Source: Candidatus Dormiibacterota bacterium
Lineage (GTDB): Bacteria > Chloroflexota > Dormibacteria > Aeolococcales > Aeolococcaceae
Length of the DNA: 64,000 nt
Assembly (NCBI GenBank): GCA_963718525.1
Contig: OY970355.1
Span: 192,001-256,000 of the forward strand
Direction: 5' to 3'
This document shows, piece after piece, positions 27,906-37,365 of this stretch. Below the pieces are notes generated by a model. That model saw only the letters and a program-made list of their open reading frames with translations. It was not told the origin of the DNA and did not search any database. Position 1 is the stretch's first letter. The number at the start of each line of letters is the position of its first letter. A program made the position numbers and the translations under genes.

Positions 27906-28928
27906 GCGGGACCCAGACGACGTTTGTGAGGGTCGCACCGGGACGTCGTGCTGAAACATGTTGAAGAGCAGCAGGAGCGACGGAACCAGGATGGCGGACC
28001 CGATCGCGAGGGCCACCAGAAGGGGAAGCAGCGTCTGATCCGGCGCTGCCGCGCCACTCACCGTCACCACTCCCGAGAGGACGTCGGGATACTGTCCGAC
28101 TCCCCACGCCCAGAGGACAGCCACCACGGCGAGAGCCGCCGTCATGCGCACCGCAACGAAGTGTTTGCGCAGGAGCAGCAGGATCGACAACCCCCCGAAG
28201 ATGATGCTCGCGAGCACGAGGGGAAGACCGCGGTGGGCGAGGCCGTCAAAGAGCCGTGGTGCGTCCGCGTGAAGGATGCCGATCCCGGCGAGGGCGGTGA
28301 TCCCGGTGATGACCCCCATGACGAGCGCCCGTCGCTGAAAGTACATCGCCAGCTCGGTCTCGTGATGCCGTTCGCAGTCTCGCGTCAGGTAGACCGCAGC
28401 CAGGTACGCGGACACTTCCACTGCGAGGGCGCCGCCCAGAATCGAAGATGGGTTGAGCCAGCTGGTGATGATGTTGCCCTGCGCAATCCCCAATGGGACC
28501 CGCCCCGACGCGATCGCTCCGGCCACTGTTCCGAGAAAGAACGGCGTCAGCACCGACGACGTCGCGAACACAGCGCCAAAGAGGCGTTGCAGGGAGACTT
28601 CTCTGACAGCACCACGAAACGCGAAGGTGGAACCCCGGAGGATCACGCCGAACGCCGCTGCTGTCAGCGGGATGTACAGAGTCGAGGCGATCGCGGCGAA
28701 GACAGTGGGGAACGCGGTCCACGTGACCACCAGAGCAAAGATGAGCCAGACGTGATTGGCTTCCCACACAGGACCGATCGATTCCTCGATGCGGTGGCGT
28801 CTCGGAGCACCCTCGGTTGCCGAGCCCGCGAGTAAATCCCAGAGTCCAGCACCGAAATCAGCCCCGGCGAGCAACACATACGCGGTGATGCCACTCCACA
28901 GAAAGCCGAGCACGACGTTAGCCAGCAT
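27897..28928 (-). CDS. cydB: Cytochrome bd oxidase subunit II
   Basis: GADFGAG, IGPVWEANHVWLI, LRG..FAFR. Confidence 0.93.
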   Translation of the reverse strand: MLANVVLGFLWSGITAYVLLAGADFGAGLWDLLAGSATEGAPRRHRIEESIGPVWEANHVWLIFALVVTWTAFPTVFAAIASTLYIPLTAAAFGVILRGSTFAFRGAVREVSLQRLFGAVFATSSVLTPFFLGTVAGAIASGRVPLGIAQGNIITSWLNPSSILGGALAVEVSAYLAAVYLTRDCERHHETELAMYFQRRALVMGVITGITALAGIGILHADAPRLFDGLAHRGLPLVLASIIFGGLSILLLLRKHFVAVRMTAALAVVAVLWAWGVGQYPDVLSGVVTVSGAAAPDQTLLPLLVALAIGSAILVPSLLLLFNMFQHDVPVRPSQTSSGSRSG

Positions 28929-30246
28929 CAGGTCGCTCGGCATTGGTGCGCGCGATGTAGCGCAGCACGAACAGCGTCACCGCGGTCAGCACGGTGTAGA
29001 CCACGAGCATGACCACGAGACCCCAGTACAGGCCTGGCGCCGGATTGACCGCATCCGACGTGCGCATCACCTGGTACACGATCCAGGGTTGGCGTCCCAC
29101 CTCGGTGGTGATCCATCCACATTCCATCGCCACCACCGCGCCCGGCCCCGCCACCAACGCGGCGCGTAGGAACCAGCGCGAGACTGGTGGGCCGCGCCGC
29201 CGGATCCAGCGGATCAACAGCCAGAGTCCAAGGCCGAGCAGCAGAAAGCCGATGCCGACCATGATGTTGAACGAGAGATGAATGAGCGTGACCGCCTCGG
29301 GTCGGTCCGCCGGCGGGACGCTATCGAGACCGACGACGGTCGCGTTCGCATCGCCCTTGGCGAGAAATGCGAGCACGTGGGGCAGGACGATCGCGTACTG
29401 CAGCTGCCCGTTGATGAACAGGCCACCGATGTGCTCGCCGGCGCCGGCTTCGGTATGCGCCAGCCCCTCCATGGCGGCGAGCTTGATCGGCTGATTGTCG
29501 GCGACCTCGCGCGCCGCGATGTCGCCGACAACGATCTGAGCGGGCGTGATCAGAGTCGCAACGATCAGCGGAAGCAACAGCCCGAGCCTGTGGTAGCGGT
29601 CATTCCGACCCCGGAGCCGCGCCGCCGCGTACACGCTCGCAACCAGAAACCCCGTGACCATGAATGCGGCGAGGATCATGTGGATCGTCTCAACCGGGGT
29701 TGCGGGATTGAACATCGCCACCAGCGGCTGTGGATCGGTGACGCGTCCGTTGACCAGTGTGAAGCCCTGCGGGTCGTTCATCCACGAGTTGGCAGTCACC
29801 ACGAAGAACGCTGAGGCGATGCCGGCGATGGCGATGGGGATCCCGCTGGCGAGGTGCCGCATCGGCGTGAGCCGGTCCCACGCATGGAGATAGATCCCGA
29901 GAAAGATCGCCTCGATGAAGAAGGCGAACCCCTCCAGTGCGAACGGCAGGCCGAGAACGGCGCCGAACTCTCCCATCAGCCTGGGCCAGAGCAGGCCCAT
30001 CTCGAACGAGAGAATGGTCCCCGAGACGGCGCCGACCGCGAAGAGGACGCCCGCTACCTTCGCCCAGGTGTGAGCAAGCCGCATTGCGTCTGCATCTCCG
30101 TGGATGCCTCGCCACTCGGCGATGAGGATCAGCGCTGGAAACCCCACGCCGAGGCACGCGAAGACGATGTGCCAGCCGAGAGAGAGGCCCATCTGGGCGC
30201 GTGCGGCTCCAATGTTTGACGCCGCATCGCCGATCACGCTCACCAC
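28918..30246 (-). CDS. cydA: Cytochrome bd oxidase subunit I (short Q-loop type)
   Basis: WHIVF, SFEMG, EGFAFFIEAIF, QPIKLAAMEG, GWITTEVGRQPW. Confidence 0.95.
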   Translation of the reverse strand: MVSVIGDAASNIGAARAQMGLSLGWHIVFACLGVGFPALILIAEWRGIHGDADAMRLAHTWAKVAGVLFAVGAVSGTILSFEMGLLWPRLMGEFGAVLGLPFALEGFAFFIEAIFLGIYLHAWDRLTPMRHLASGIPIAIAGIASAFFVVTANSWMNDPQGFTLVNGRVTDPQPLVAMFNPATPVETIHMILAAFMVTGFLVASVYAAARLRGRNDRYHRLGLLLPLIVATLITPAQIVVGDIAAREVADNQPIKLAAMEGLAHTEAGAGEHIGGLFINGQLQYAIVLPHVLAFLAKGDANATVVGLDSVPPADRPEAVTLIHLSFNIMVGIGFLLLGLGLWLLIRWIRRRGPPVSRWFLRAALVAGPGAVVAMECGWITTEVGRQPWIVYQVMRTSDAVNPAPGLYWGLVVMLVVYTVLTAVTLFVLRYIARTNAERPDAG

Positions 30247-30279
30247 CCCCCTCCTGCGGTTGCAAGCACGGACGGTAGC

Positions 30280-30774
30280 TTACGCAGGAGGGCGTGTCTC
30301 GTCGGGCCGCACGTAGCGCGGGACGTCACCCTCTCCGACATCGAGGGCGCTCAGGCTGGTTGCCAGATCTGTCAGCGCGTCGGTGAGCTGCTCGAAGGAG
30401 ACTGCGTTGAGCCCGGCGACGGTCTGTTCGGCCACACGCCGCCATGCAGTCTTCAGCTTCGGCAGCAGCGCGATGCCCTCATCCGTCAGTTCGACGATCG
30501 TGGCCCGGCCGTCGGTTGGAGATGGGCGGCGAACCACAAGGCCGGCCGCCTCGAGCTGACGAACGCTCAAGGTGATGGTCGGCGGCTCGTAGCCGCTTGC
30601 AGTCGCGAGCTGGGCCTGGGTGCTGGGACCGGCGGCTTCGAGCTCGAGGAGCAGCAGCTTGTGGCCGGGGTGGATGCCAAAGGGGGCGAGCGCGGCGATG
30701 GCGAGCGCTCGGTGGCGGATGCCGATGGCGCGGATCGCTTCGTTGAACGCGTCGGCCTGATCGAAGTTCATCAA
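30280..30774 (-). CDS. MarR-family transcriptional regulator
   Basis: TQAQLA, LEAAGLVVR, DGRATIVELTDEG. Confidence 0.9.
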   Translation of the reverse strand: MMNFDQADAFNEAIRAIGIRHRALAIAALAPFGIHPGHKLLLLELEAAGPSTQAQLATASGYEPPTITLSVRQLEAAGLVVRRPSPTDGRATIVELTDEGIALLPKLKTAWRRVAEQTVAGLNAVSFEQLTDALTDLATSLSALDVGEGDVPRYVRPDETRPPA

Positions 30775-30796
30775 CGAGCCTCTTGACTTCTGGATA

Positions 30797-30839
30797 GTTA
30801 GTTGTCTAACCTTTAGGCGCCTAAGGTTAGGCCCCTAAC
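30797..30839. promoter_or_regulatory. Three tandem TTAG-N4-CTAA palindromes, probable MarR operators
   Basis: gTTAGttgtCTAAc, TTAGgcgcCTAA and gTTAGgcccCTAAc between the divergent marR and membrane-protein genes. Confidence 0.75.
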
Positions 30840-30908
30840 TAAGTCTACTGCTGGGCGCGTCGGCGTCGCAGCTGTGCCATCAGCCACGGTTACACGAGGA
30901 GCCCTGAC

Positions 30909-31343
30909 ATGACCACCACAACCATGGACCGCACCGCATCGGCGACACGACCTGGGCTGGCCAGAGCGTTCACGGTCGTCGGAGCGGCGATCGCAGCCGT
31001 CGCCATCTGGGGCATATCGGTGCCACTTCTGGGCGCGCACCTGCTCGTCCGTTTCGGCTCGGGCCCTGCTCAGAGCGTCGGGGTCGACTACATCATCGGC
31101 GCAACCGTGATCGCGTCCCTAGCCGCCTGGGGTGTGCTCGCACTGCTCGAGCGACGGACTCCCCGTGCCCACACGATCTGGACTGCGCTCGCGGTGGTCG
31201 TGCTGATTGCGTCGCTCAGCCTGCCCTTTATAGCGGCAACAACCACGTCGGCCCGTGTGGTCTTGGTTGTAATGCATGTGGCCGTCGCGGCTGTCCTCAT
31301 TGTCGGGTTGCTCCGCGCTGGAGCACCGCAACAGCGTCGCTGA
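30909..31343 (+). CDS. 4-TM membrane protein (DUF6069-like)
   Basis: GAGGAG RBS; four hydrophobic helices; LLERRT...W and MHVAVA patterns. Confidence 0.7.
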   Translation: MTTTTMDRTASATRPGLARAFTVVGAAIAAVAIWGISVPLLGAHLLVRFGSGPAQSVGVDYIIGATVIASLAAWGVLALLERRTPRAHTIWTALAVVVLIASLSLPFIAATTTSARVVLVVMHVAVAAVLIVGLLRAGAPQQRR

Positions 31344-31414
31344 ACGTGGCGTCGATCAGCTCCACGAGCTGATCGCGGACGGCTGCCGGACTACGACTGC
31401 TAAATAATGGGCAG

Positions 31415-32323
31415 GTGGCTCACAACGTTGCTCTGGTTCTCGGTGGTGGCGGGGCTGCTGGAAATGCGTGGGAGATCGGTGTCATCGCAGGCTTGGCCGA
31501 AGCTGGTCTCGATATGACAGAGGCCGCCGATCTGGTGATCGGCACCTCGGCCGGTGCCACCGCGGCAGCGCACGTGCGCAGCGGTGTGCCGGCGGCCGAA
31601 CTGCTGGCATCGGTGCTATCCACGCCGGTTCAACCTGTCGGGCAGAGCCGGGAACGGCCGCCGTCCTTGCCCATCGCAACGGTGTTCGAGCGGATGAGGG
31701 CCATCGGCGCCGCCGCCACCTCTGCAGCCGATCTACAGCGTGCGATGGGCGCGTTCGGGTTGGAGAGCGACTCCACGCTGGGACCCGAGGCGGGGGGACA
31801 AAGGCGTGCGATGGTCGCGGCCCGGTTGCCCAGCTCAGAGTGGCCTGACAGGCCGATGATCGTGGTGGCCGTCAACGCGCATACGGGGGAGCTGACTGCG
31901 TTCGACCGCGAATCCGGCGTCGAGCTGGTGGACGCGGTCACGGCGAGCACTGCGGCGCCCGGTCTGGTCCCCACCGTCAGCATCAACGGCGCGCGCTACA
32001 TCGACGGCGGCGTGCGCTCCGTCGACAACGCCGACCTTGCCTCGGGTTATGCAAACGTCGTGGTGCTCTCGCCGCTGGGCGGACAGGGCGGGGCACCGCC
32101 GGAAGGCCGGTTCGAGGGCCTGCGCAGATTTCCGGGCGCGGACCTGGGTACCCAGGTCGAGGGACTGCGCAAGCAGGGCAGCCGCGTCGAGGTGATCACG
32201 CCGGACGCCGATTCTCGAACCGCAATGGGCACGAACCTGATGGATCTCGCGACCCGCATCCCCGCCGCGCGTGCCGGTTTCGCCCAAGGCAAGCAGGAAG
32301 CGAGCCGCGTGACGTTGCTCTGA
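31415..32323 (+). CDS. Patatin-like phospholipase
   Basis: LGGGG, GTSAG, YIDGG. Confidence 0.9.
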   Translation: MAHNVALVLGGGGAAGNAWEIGVIAGLAEAGLDMTEAADLVIGTSAGATAAAHVRSGVPAAELLASVLSTPVQPVGQSRERPPSLPIATVFERMRAIGAAATSAADLQRAMGAFGLESDSTLGPEAGGQRRAMVAARLPSSEWPDRPMIVVAVNAHTGELTAFDRESGVELVDAVTASTAAPGLVPTVSINGARYIDGGVRSVDNADLASGYANVVVLSPLGGQGGAPPEGRFEGLRRFPGADLGTQVEGLRKQGSRVEVITPDADSRTAMGTNLMDLATRIPAARAGFAQGKQEASRVTLL

Positions 32324-32343
32324 CGATTGCACAAGGAGGTGCT

Positions 32344-32712
32344 ATGGCCAGCGTACTGCACGAAATCGTCGTCGACTGCCGCGATGCCGAAGCTCAGGCG
32401 GGGTGGTGGTCCCGGGTCCTCGGCTGGCCTGCCGTCTATGACGAGAGCGGCTTCTGGTGGATGTCGTCGGACGGCACCGAAAACGCAACGCTGGCGCTGT
32501 GCTTCATCCCCGTGCCCGAGGGCAAGACGGTGAAGAATCGCATCCACCTCGACCTCAATCCCTCGGGATGCGAGCAGGCCGAGGAGCTGGAAAGGCTGCT
32601 GTCACTCGGCGCGCGCCACAAGGACATCGGTCAGGGCGCGGATGTCTCGTGGGTCGTGTTGGAGGACCCTGAGGGCAACGAGTTCTGCCTGCTGCGCACC
32701 AGGAAGGATTAG
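32344..32712 (+). CDS. VOC/glyoxalase-like protein
   Basis: KNRIHLDL, WVVLEDPEGNEFC. Confidence 0.9.
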   Translation: MASVLHEIVVDCRDAEAQAGWWSRVLGWPAVYDESGFWWMSSDGTENATLALCFIPVPEGKTVKNRIHLDLNPSGCEQAEELERLLSLGARHKDIGQGADVSWVVLEDPEGNEFCLLRTRKD

Positions 32713-32774
32713 TCACACGCCTCGCTCAGGCTGGCGCCTCACCAGCACTCCGGGAACCTTACCGAGAACCGGCC

Positions 32775-32867
32775 TGGCGGGAAGGGGGGGATTCGAACCC
32801 CCGGAGGGACTTAAGATCCCTCACCCGCTTAGCAGGCGGGCGCTTTCAGCCTCTCAGCCACCTCCCC
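32775..32867 (-). tRNA. tRNA-Ser(GCT)
   Basis: Reverse complement has acceptor GGGGAGG/CCTTCCC-G-CCA, anticodon arm cccgc-ctGCTaa-gcggg, long variable arm and GGTTCGAATCC. Confidence 0.95.
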
Positions 32868-32937
32868 AGGCCGGGGTCAGTATATGTCGTGTCGGTCTCG
32901 CAACCATCTCAAAAATCGTCGCTCGTACAGTAGGCCC

Positions 32938-33978
32938 GTGGTCCACGCGCAGAGGGGGACCGCCGCCATCCTGGCCCTCGGGCTGGGTGCCGTTGCGCTT
33001 GCCATGACACCGGTTCCCGCGAACGCAGCGATGTACCGGCTTCCAGTCGGCACGCAGCGAATGCAGATGCCGCTGGACTGCGAGGCGACGTCGCTGACGA
33101 TCGCGCTCGGCTCGGTCGGCGTGCACACCACCCAGCAGTACGTCCAAGGTCACTTCCCAACGGACAGCCGTGCCCCGGTGCTCGGGGCCGACGGTCTCCC
33201 CGCGAAGTGGGGAGACCCATATGTCGATTTCGTTGGCCACGTGATGGGCTCGGAGCCCGGCAGCAACCCGCACTGGACCGCGTACGCAGGCTGGGGTGCG
33301 TATGCGCCAGTGGTTGCTCACGCCGCGCAATCGCTCGGCGTGCCGGTGGCGGCTCAGCTCACCGGCTGGAAGCCGCCGGCGCTCTATGCCGCGGTCGAAG
33401 CCGGTCACCCCGTGCTGGTCTGGACAACCGTCGATTACTCGTCCCAGACCGCACGTACCTGGGTCGGATGGGACGGCCGGACGGTGCCATGGACCGAGGC
33501 CGGCCATGTGGTCGTGCTCATGGGTGTGAACACGTCCGCGGGGACTCTCGAATTCAGCGACCCCCTGACCGGTTCGTACAACGGCACCACCATGGCACAG
33601 TTCGCTCGAACCTTCACCATCTACGGCGACATGGCAATCGTCATCGAGCGCACCGCGCACGCTGCCTCGGCAGCACCACACGCTAGCCGGCACATTGCTG
33701 CACCAGCTCATCCCACCGCGCGTGTCATTGCGGCGGCGACTGCGCGCCCAGTTCCCTGGTTCCCGATCCACCACGTCAGGGTGCCCAGCGGGTCGAATGT
33801 GGACAGCGCCGGCGTTGACACTCCCGCGAACGTCGGCGTCGTCACCAGCATCACCGCGACCTCCATGCAAGGCGCTGGTCTCAGTGCTCTTCTGCTCGCC
33901 GCCGGAGTGCTCGTTCCGGCAGCCGGCCTGCTGTTTGCCGTCCGGATGCGCAAGCGACGCCGTCAATGCGCTGGGTGA
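32938..33978 (+). CDS. Secreted C39-like cysteine peptidase with C-terminal TM anchor
   Basis: Signal peptide; QMPLDCEATS (Q/C), GHVVVLMG (H), FSDP (D); C-terminal TM followed by RMRKRRR. Confidence 0.75.
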   Translation: MVHAQRGTAAILALGLGAVALAMTPVPANAAMYRLPVGTQRMQMPLDCEATSLTIALGSVGVHTTQQYVQGHFPTDSRAPVLGADGLPAKWGDPYVDFVGHVMGSEPGSNPHWTAYAGWGAYAPVVAHAAQSLGVPVAAQLTGWKPPALYAAVEAGHPVLVWTTVDYSSQTARTWVGWDGRTVPWTEAGHVVVLMGVNTSAGTLEFSDPLTGSYNGTTMAQFARTFTIYGDMAIVIERTAHAASAAPHASRHIAAPAHPTARVIAAATARPVPWFPIHHVRVPSGSNVDSAGVDTPANVGVVTSITATSMQGAGLSALLLAAGVLVPAAGLLFAVRMRKRRRQCAG

Positions 33979-34898
33979 CCTTCGCTCCCTCGACGTCGTC
34001 CGGTGAACGCACCGGAATGCTGGTCGACGGACGCATCCATGCGTGCGAGCCGGGCATCACCCTGGTGAGCCTTCTCGGTGACGACGGCACGCGGCTTGCC
34101 GAGGCAGGTGAGGTCGCTCGCGCCAATCCACGTGACGTCTTCGAGCTCGACGACGTCAAGACGCTCGCGCCGATCCCCAGACCACCGACGGTGCGCGACT
34201 TCTATGCGTTCGAGCAGCACGTACGCACGGCGCGGCAGCGCCGTGGCCTCGAGATGGACCCGGATTGGTATGAGCTCCCGGTCTTCTATTTCAGCAATCC
34301 CTACGCGACGTCTGGCCCTGACGTCGACGTCGCCATCCCACCTGGCTGTGCGGAGATGGACTACGAGCTCGAGGTCGCTGCGATCGTCGGCGCAGGCGGC
34401 ACCGACCTCACTCCCGATGCAGCAGAGCGCAGCATCGCCGGTTATTGCGTGATGAACGATTGGAGTGCCAGGGATATCCAACGCCGGGAGATGAAACTCA
34501 GCCTGGGGCCTGCGAAGGGGAAGGATTTTGCGACCTCGATCGGGCCGGTCTTCGTGACGCCGGATGAGCTCGAGAACACGCGACGCAACACGAGCTTCGA
34601 CCTCGAGATGACGGCGACCGTGAACGGCGTCGAGTACTCGCGCGCGTCGCTCGCGGACATCTACTGGAGCTTCGGCGAGATGATCGCGTACGCATCTCGC
34701 GGCACGCGAGTCGAATCCGGAGATGTGATCGGTTCGGGTACCTGCGGCACCGGCTGTATCCTCGAGCTGTCCCTGGTGCACGGCACCGATCGGTACCCGT
34801 GGCTGCAGCCGGGCGATGTCGTCGAGCTGCGCGTCGACCGTCTTGGAGTGCTCCGCAACCGCGTTGTCACCGGCCCACCGTTGCGGGCCCTGCGATGA
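33966..34898 (+). CDS. Fumarylacetoacetate hydrolase family protein
   Basis: RDFYAFEQH, DYELEVA, NDWSARDIQ, KGKDFA, GDVIGSGT. Confidence 0.92.
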   Translation: MRWVTFAPSTSSGERTGMLVDGRIHACEPGITLVSLLGDDGTRLAEAGEVARANPRDVFELDDVKTLAPIPRPPTVRDFYAFEQHVRTARQRRGLEMDPDWYELPVFYFSNPYATSGPDVDVAIPPGCAEMDYELEVAAIVGAGGTDLTPDAAERSIAGYCVMNDWSARDIQRREMKLSLGPAKGKDFATSIGPVFVTPDELENTRRNTSFDLEMTATVNGVEYSRASLADIYWSFGEMIAYASRGTRVESGDVIGSGTCGTGCILELSLVHGTDRYPWLQPGDVVELRVDRLGVLRNRVVTGPPLRALR

Positions 34899-35392
34899 GC
34901 ATCCGGGACGATTATCTCGCGCGTCTCGACGCCGTCGAAGCACAACTCGCTGCGGCAGCCGCGAGCGAGCCGTCGCCCGGAGCGCTCACCGGAGCAGATC
35001 CGGAGAGCGGTGAGCGCTGGGATCGCGGCCAGGTGTGGGCGCATGTGTCCGAGTTCATCCCGTACTGGATCGCGCAGGCGGGGCCGGTGCTGCGCGGTCA
35101 GCCATCGGGCGAGCCCGTGCCGTTCGGCCGGACCAAAAGCGACCCCGAGCGTATCGGCGCGATCGAGCGGGACCGTCGCGAGCCGGTGTCAATGCTGTGG
35201 GGCGACACCCTTTCCGATGTCGCCGGCCTGCGCGAGTTCCTTGCGGGCGTGGAACCTGGTCAGTGGGATGCCCGTGGACTGCACCCCACCCTCGGTGCCA
35301 TGACCATTGACCAGCTGGTCGAGATGTTCCTCGTTGGCCACCTGGAACAGCACGCGGATCAACTCGAAGGGATGGGCCCAGCGGCCGCTTAG
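34895..35392 (+). CDS. DinB/YfiT-like protein
   Basis: W...QVWAH..E, GLHPTLG and HLEQH pattern; ATGA overlap with the upstream gene. Confidence 0.7.
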   Translation: MSIRDDYLARLDAVEAQLAAAAASEPSPGALTGADPESGERWDRGQVWAHVSEFIPYWIAQAGPVLRGQPSGEPVPFGRTKSDPERIGAIERDRREPVSMLWGDTLSDVAGLREFLAGVEPGQWDARGLHPTLGAMTIDQLVEMFLVGHLEQHADQLEGMGPAAA

Positions 35393-35781
35393 CGGTGCTT
35401 CTTGCGACGGTGGTGTCGCGGCGATACCACCGGAACCACCGGCTCCGGCAGGGCGTCGGAGGCATCGACGAGCCCTGCCTCCTCCATTGCGCCAGGCTCG
35501 TCCATCCAGCTTCGAGCTGTGACTCGCGGTTGGCGAAACAGACGGGTCAGGCGTCGATCAGCGTTGCGCCGAAACGTCTCCGCGTCACTGACGGCGAAGT
35601 TCGGGAGATATGGAGGGACATCCGCCCCTGGTCCCGTCGGCCCAAGACCGTCCGGGTAGGGTCGGTTGGTCCCAATCGCAGGGTCCTTGTTCGGCTCTCC
35701 ACGGAGGCCGTACCAGAAGAGCACTACCAGGAACGCAAAGATGCAGCCGACGAAGATCAGGAGGGCCAGCACATCGACCAT
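35389..35781 (-). CDS. Hypothetical protein with N-terminal TM
   Basis: Hydrophobic N-terminus and basic C-terminal tail; fills the gap between recognised genes. Confidence 0.5.
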   Translation of the reverse strand: MVDVLALLIFVGCIFAFLVVLFWYGLRGEPNKDPAIGTNRPYPDGLGPTGPGADVPPYLPNFAVSDAETFRRNADRRLTRLFRQPRVTARSWMDEPGAMEEAGLVDASDALPEPVVPVVSPRHHRRKKHR

Positions 35782-35900
35782 CGTCGCGGTCTAGAGCTCG
35801 GACGTCAACGAGACGGCTCTGCTGTGCGTGCGTCGGGATCGCGCCGGAATTGGCGCGGGGACTTTGTTCGGCAGTCCCTTAAACTGAGCGGAACCCACGC

Positions 35901-35987
35901 GGAGGGATGCCGGAGCGGTTGAACGGAGCGGTCTTGAAAACCGCAGGGGCCGCCAAGCCCCCGGGGGTTCGAATCCCTCTCCCTCCG
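35901..35987 (+). tRNA. tRNA-Ser(TGA)
   Basis: GGAGGGA/TCCCTCC-G acceptor, gcggt-ctTGAaa-accgc anticodon arm, long variable arm, GGTTCGAATCC; followed by CCCA rather than CCA. Confidence 0.93.
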
Positions 35988-36190
35988 CCCACGATGGGTC
36001 AACACATTGCCGTCGGTGACGAGTTGACGTATCTCGGAGCGTACGCGCGCGAGACTCCTGCTGACACACCCCGGCTCGCGCAATGGTGTCGCACCCGTCA
36101 AGGGTTGTCTTCTGCGCTGAACCGGTCACGATCTCGGCACCGTCCACGGATGGCATGCGCCCTCCGTCCCGACCTTGCTGAGAATAAGCG

Positions 36191-36403
36191 GTGGTCATAA
36201 AAGTCTGCTGCCCGACGTGCTGGAAATGGTCGGAATTGGGGACGGTGATGTCGTGCAAGCGTTGCGGCACGCCGCTGATCCTTCCCGATGGTCGTCGCGC
36301 TGATGAGGTTGCTGCGATGCCACCCGCCACTGAGGTCATGGCGCCGCCCGAGCCTCCGCCGCTGGAACTCGAACCAGTGGGATGGTCGATCCGCGCTCGC
36401 TGA
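36191..36403 (+). CDS. Small zinc-ribbon protein (CCPTCW...CKRCG)
   Basis: Two CxxC pairs; the domain is duplicated in the next gene with mostly synonymous changes. Confidence 0.7.
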   Translation: MVIKVCCPTCWKWSELGTVMSCKRCGTPLILPDGRRADEVAAMPPATEVMAPPEPPPLELEPVGWSIRAR

Positions 36404-36485
36404 CGCATGCAGCGATAACGTCACGGACGTGGCACCGTCCGAGAACGGCGCCCGACCTCGGAGTGACCGCTGCAGAGAATGAGCG

Positions 36486-37193
36486 GTGGCCGCCACCGCA
36501 CCTCAAGCCGTCTGCTGCCCCACCTGCTGGAAGTGGTCGGAGCTGAAGAGCTCGACCATATGTAAGCGTTGCGGCTCGCCGCTCGTGCTGCCCGACGGCC
36601 GTCGGCTCGACCAGGCGCGGGACGGCACGGCCCCTATCGCGATTGCGATGAATGCCCCGACCGTGTCGCTCGCACCGCTCACGGTGGGAACCGATTGGGT
36701 CGCCATCGCCCGCTGGATCACCTTCGTCTATGCCGCGCTGCAGATCCTCGCCATCTTTGCGATCGGATTGCTCATTCCGAGCATCACCGTCCCGGTGCAG
36801 GATCCGAGCACCGGAACGATCGTCGATCAGACCCTGAACATTCGCCCGTTTCTCGCGCTTGTCGCGTTCATTGCGATCATCTTCTACGCGGTCATCGTGT
36901 GGCTCATCAAGTACGGCATTGCGCGCGCTATCGTCCTGGTGGTCGTGCTGCTGCAGGCGCTTGCTGCCGTAACGCGCCTGAACGCCGAGACGTCGGCCGG
37001 GGTGGTCGCGACGATCGTCGATCTGCTCTGCGATGCGGGCTACGCCTACGTGCTGGTCATGTCATTTGTATCGCGTCCTCGCCCCGCGCCGATCAACAGC
37101 GGAGCCGTAGCAACGCTGCCGATGGCAGTCGCCCCGCCGCCGCCGCCACCTCCCGCTCCGCCGCCGCTTGTCCCGCTTCCGCCCCCTACCTGA
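36486..37193 (+). CDS. Zinc-ribbon plus 4-TM membrane protein with poly-Pro tail
   Basis: Same CCPTCWKWSEL...CKRCG.PL.LPDGRR domain, then 4 TM helices and a PPPPPP tail. Confidence 0.75.
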   Translation: MAATAPQAVCCPTCWKWSELKSSTICKRCGSPLVLPDGRRLDQARDGTAPIAIAMNAPTVSLAPLTVGTDWVAIARWITFVYAALQILAIFAIGLLIPSITVPVQDPSTGTIVDQTLNIRPFLALVAFIAIIFYAVIVWLIKYGIARAIVLVVVLLQALAAVTRLNAETSAGVVATIVDLLCDAGYAYVLVMSFVSRPRPAPINSGAVATLPMAVAPPPPPPPAPPPLVPLPPPT

Positions 37194-37365
37194 ACCCTGT
37201 CACTGACCACAATCGAGCTGCCGGCGACTGGACATCTCGGCGTCACCATCGCTCAATCAGGCGGTGCACTCGCCCTCCGCCGACGGAGGGCAGAGATGAC
37301 GGGGTGGGGCGCGATGAGCCGGGCGTCCGCAGCGCGGTGCCCGGCTCATCGCAGGCCGAGGCGAG

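Noticed and set aside
35901-35987. tRNA-Sec or opal suppressor, because of TGA in the anticodon loop
   Set aside because: Anticodon TGA reads UCA (Ser); tRNA-Sec has anticodon TCA and a longer acceptor stem.
32775-35990. Genomic island or integrative element bounded by the two tRNA-Ser genes
   Set aside because: No integrase, no duplicated tRNA 3' end (att site), and no evident compositional shift.
35994-36200. Small ORF after tRNA-Ser (MGQHIAVGDELTYLG...)
   Set aside because: No RBS or promoter support, no recognisable motif, and it overlaps the upstream signal and start of the zinc-ribbon gene.
37130-37190. ccg-rich tandem repeat
   Set aside because: It encodes the poly-proline tail of the membrane protein and is not an independent repeat element.
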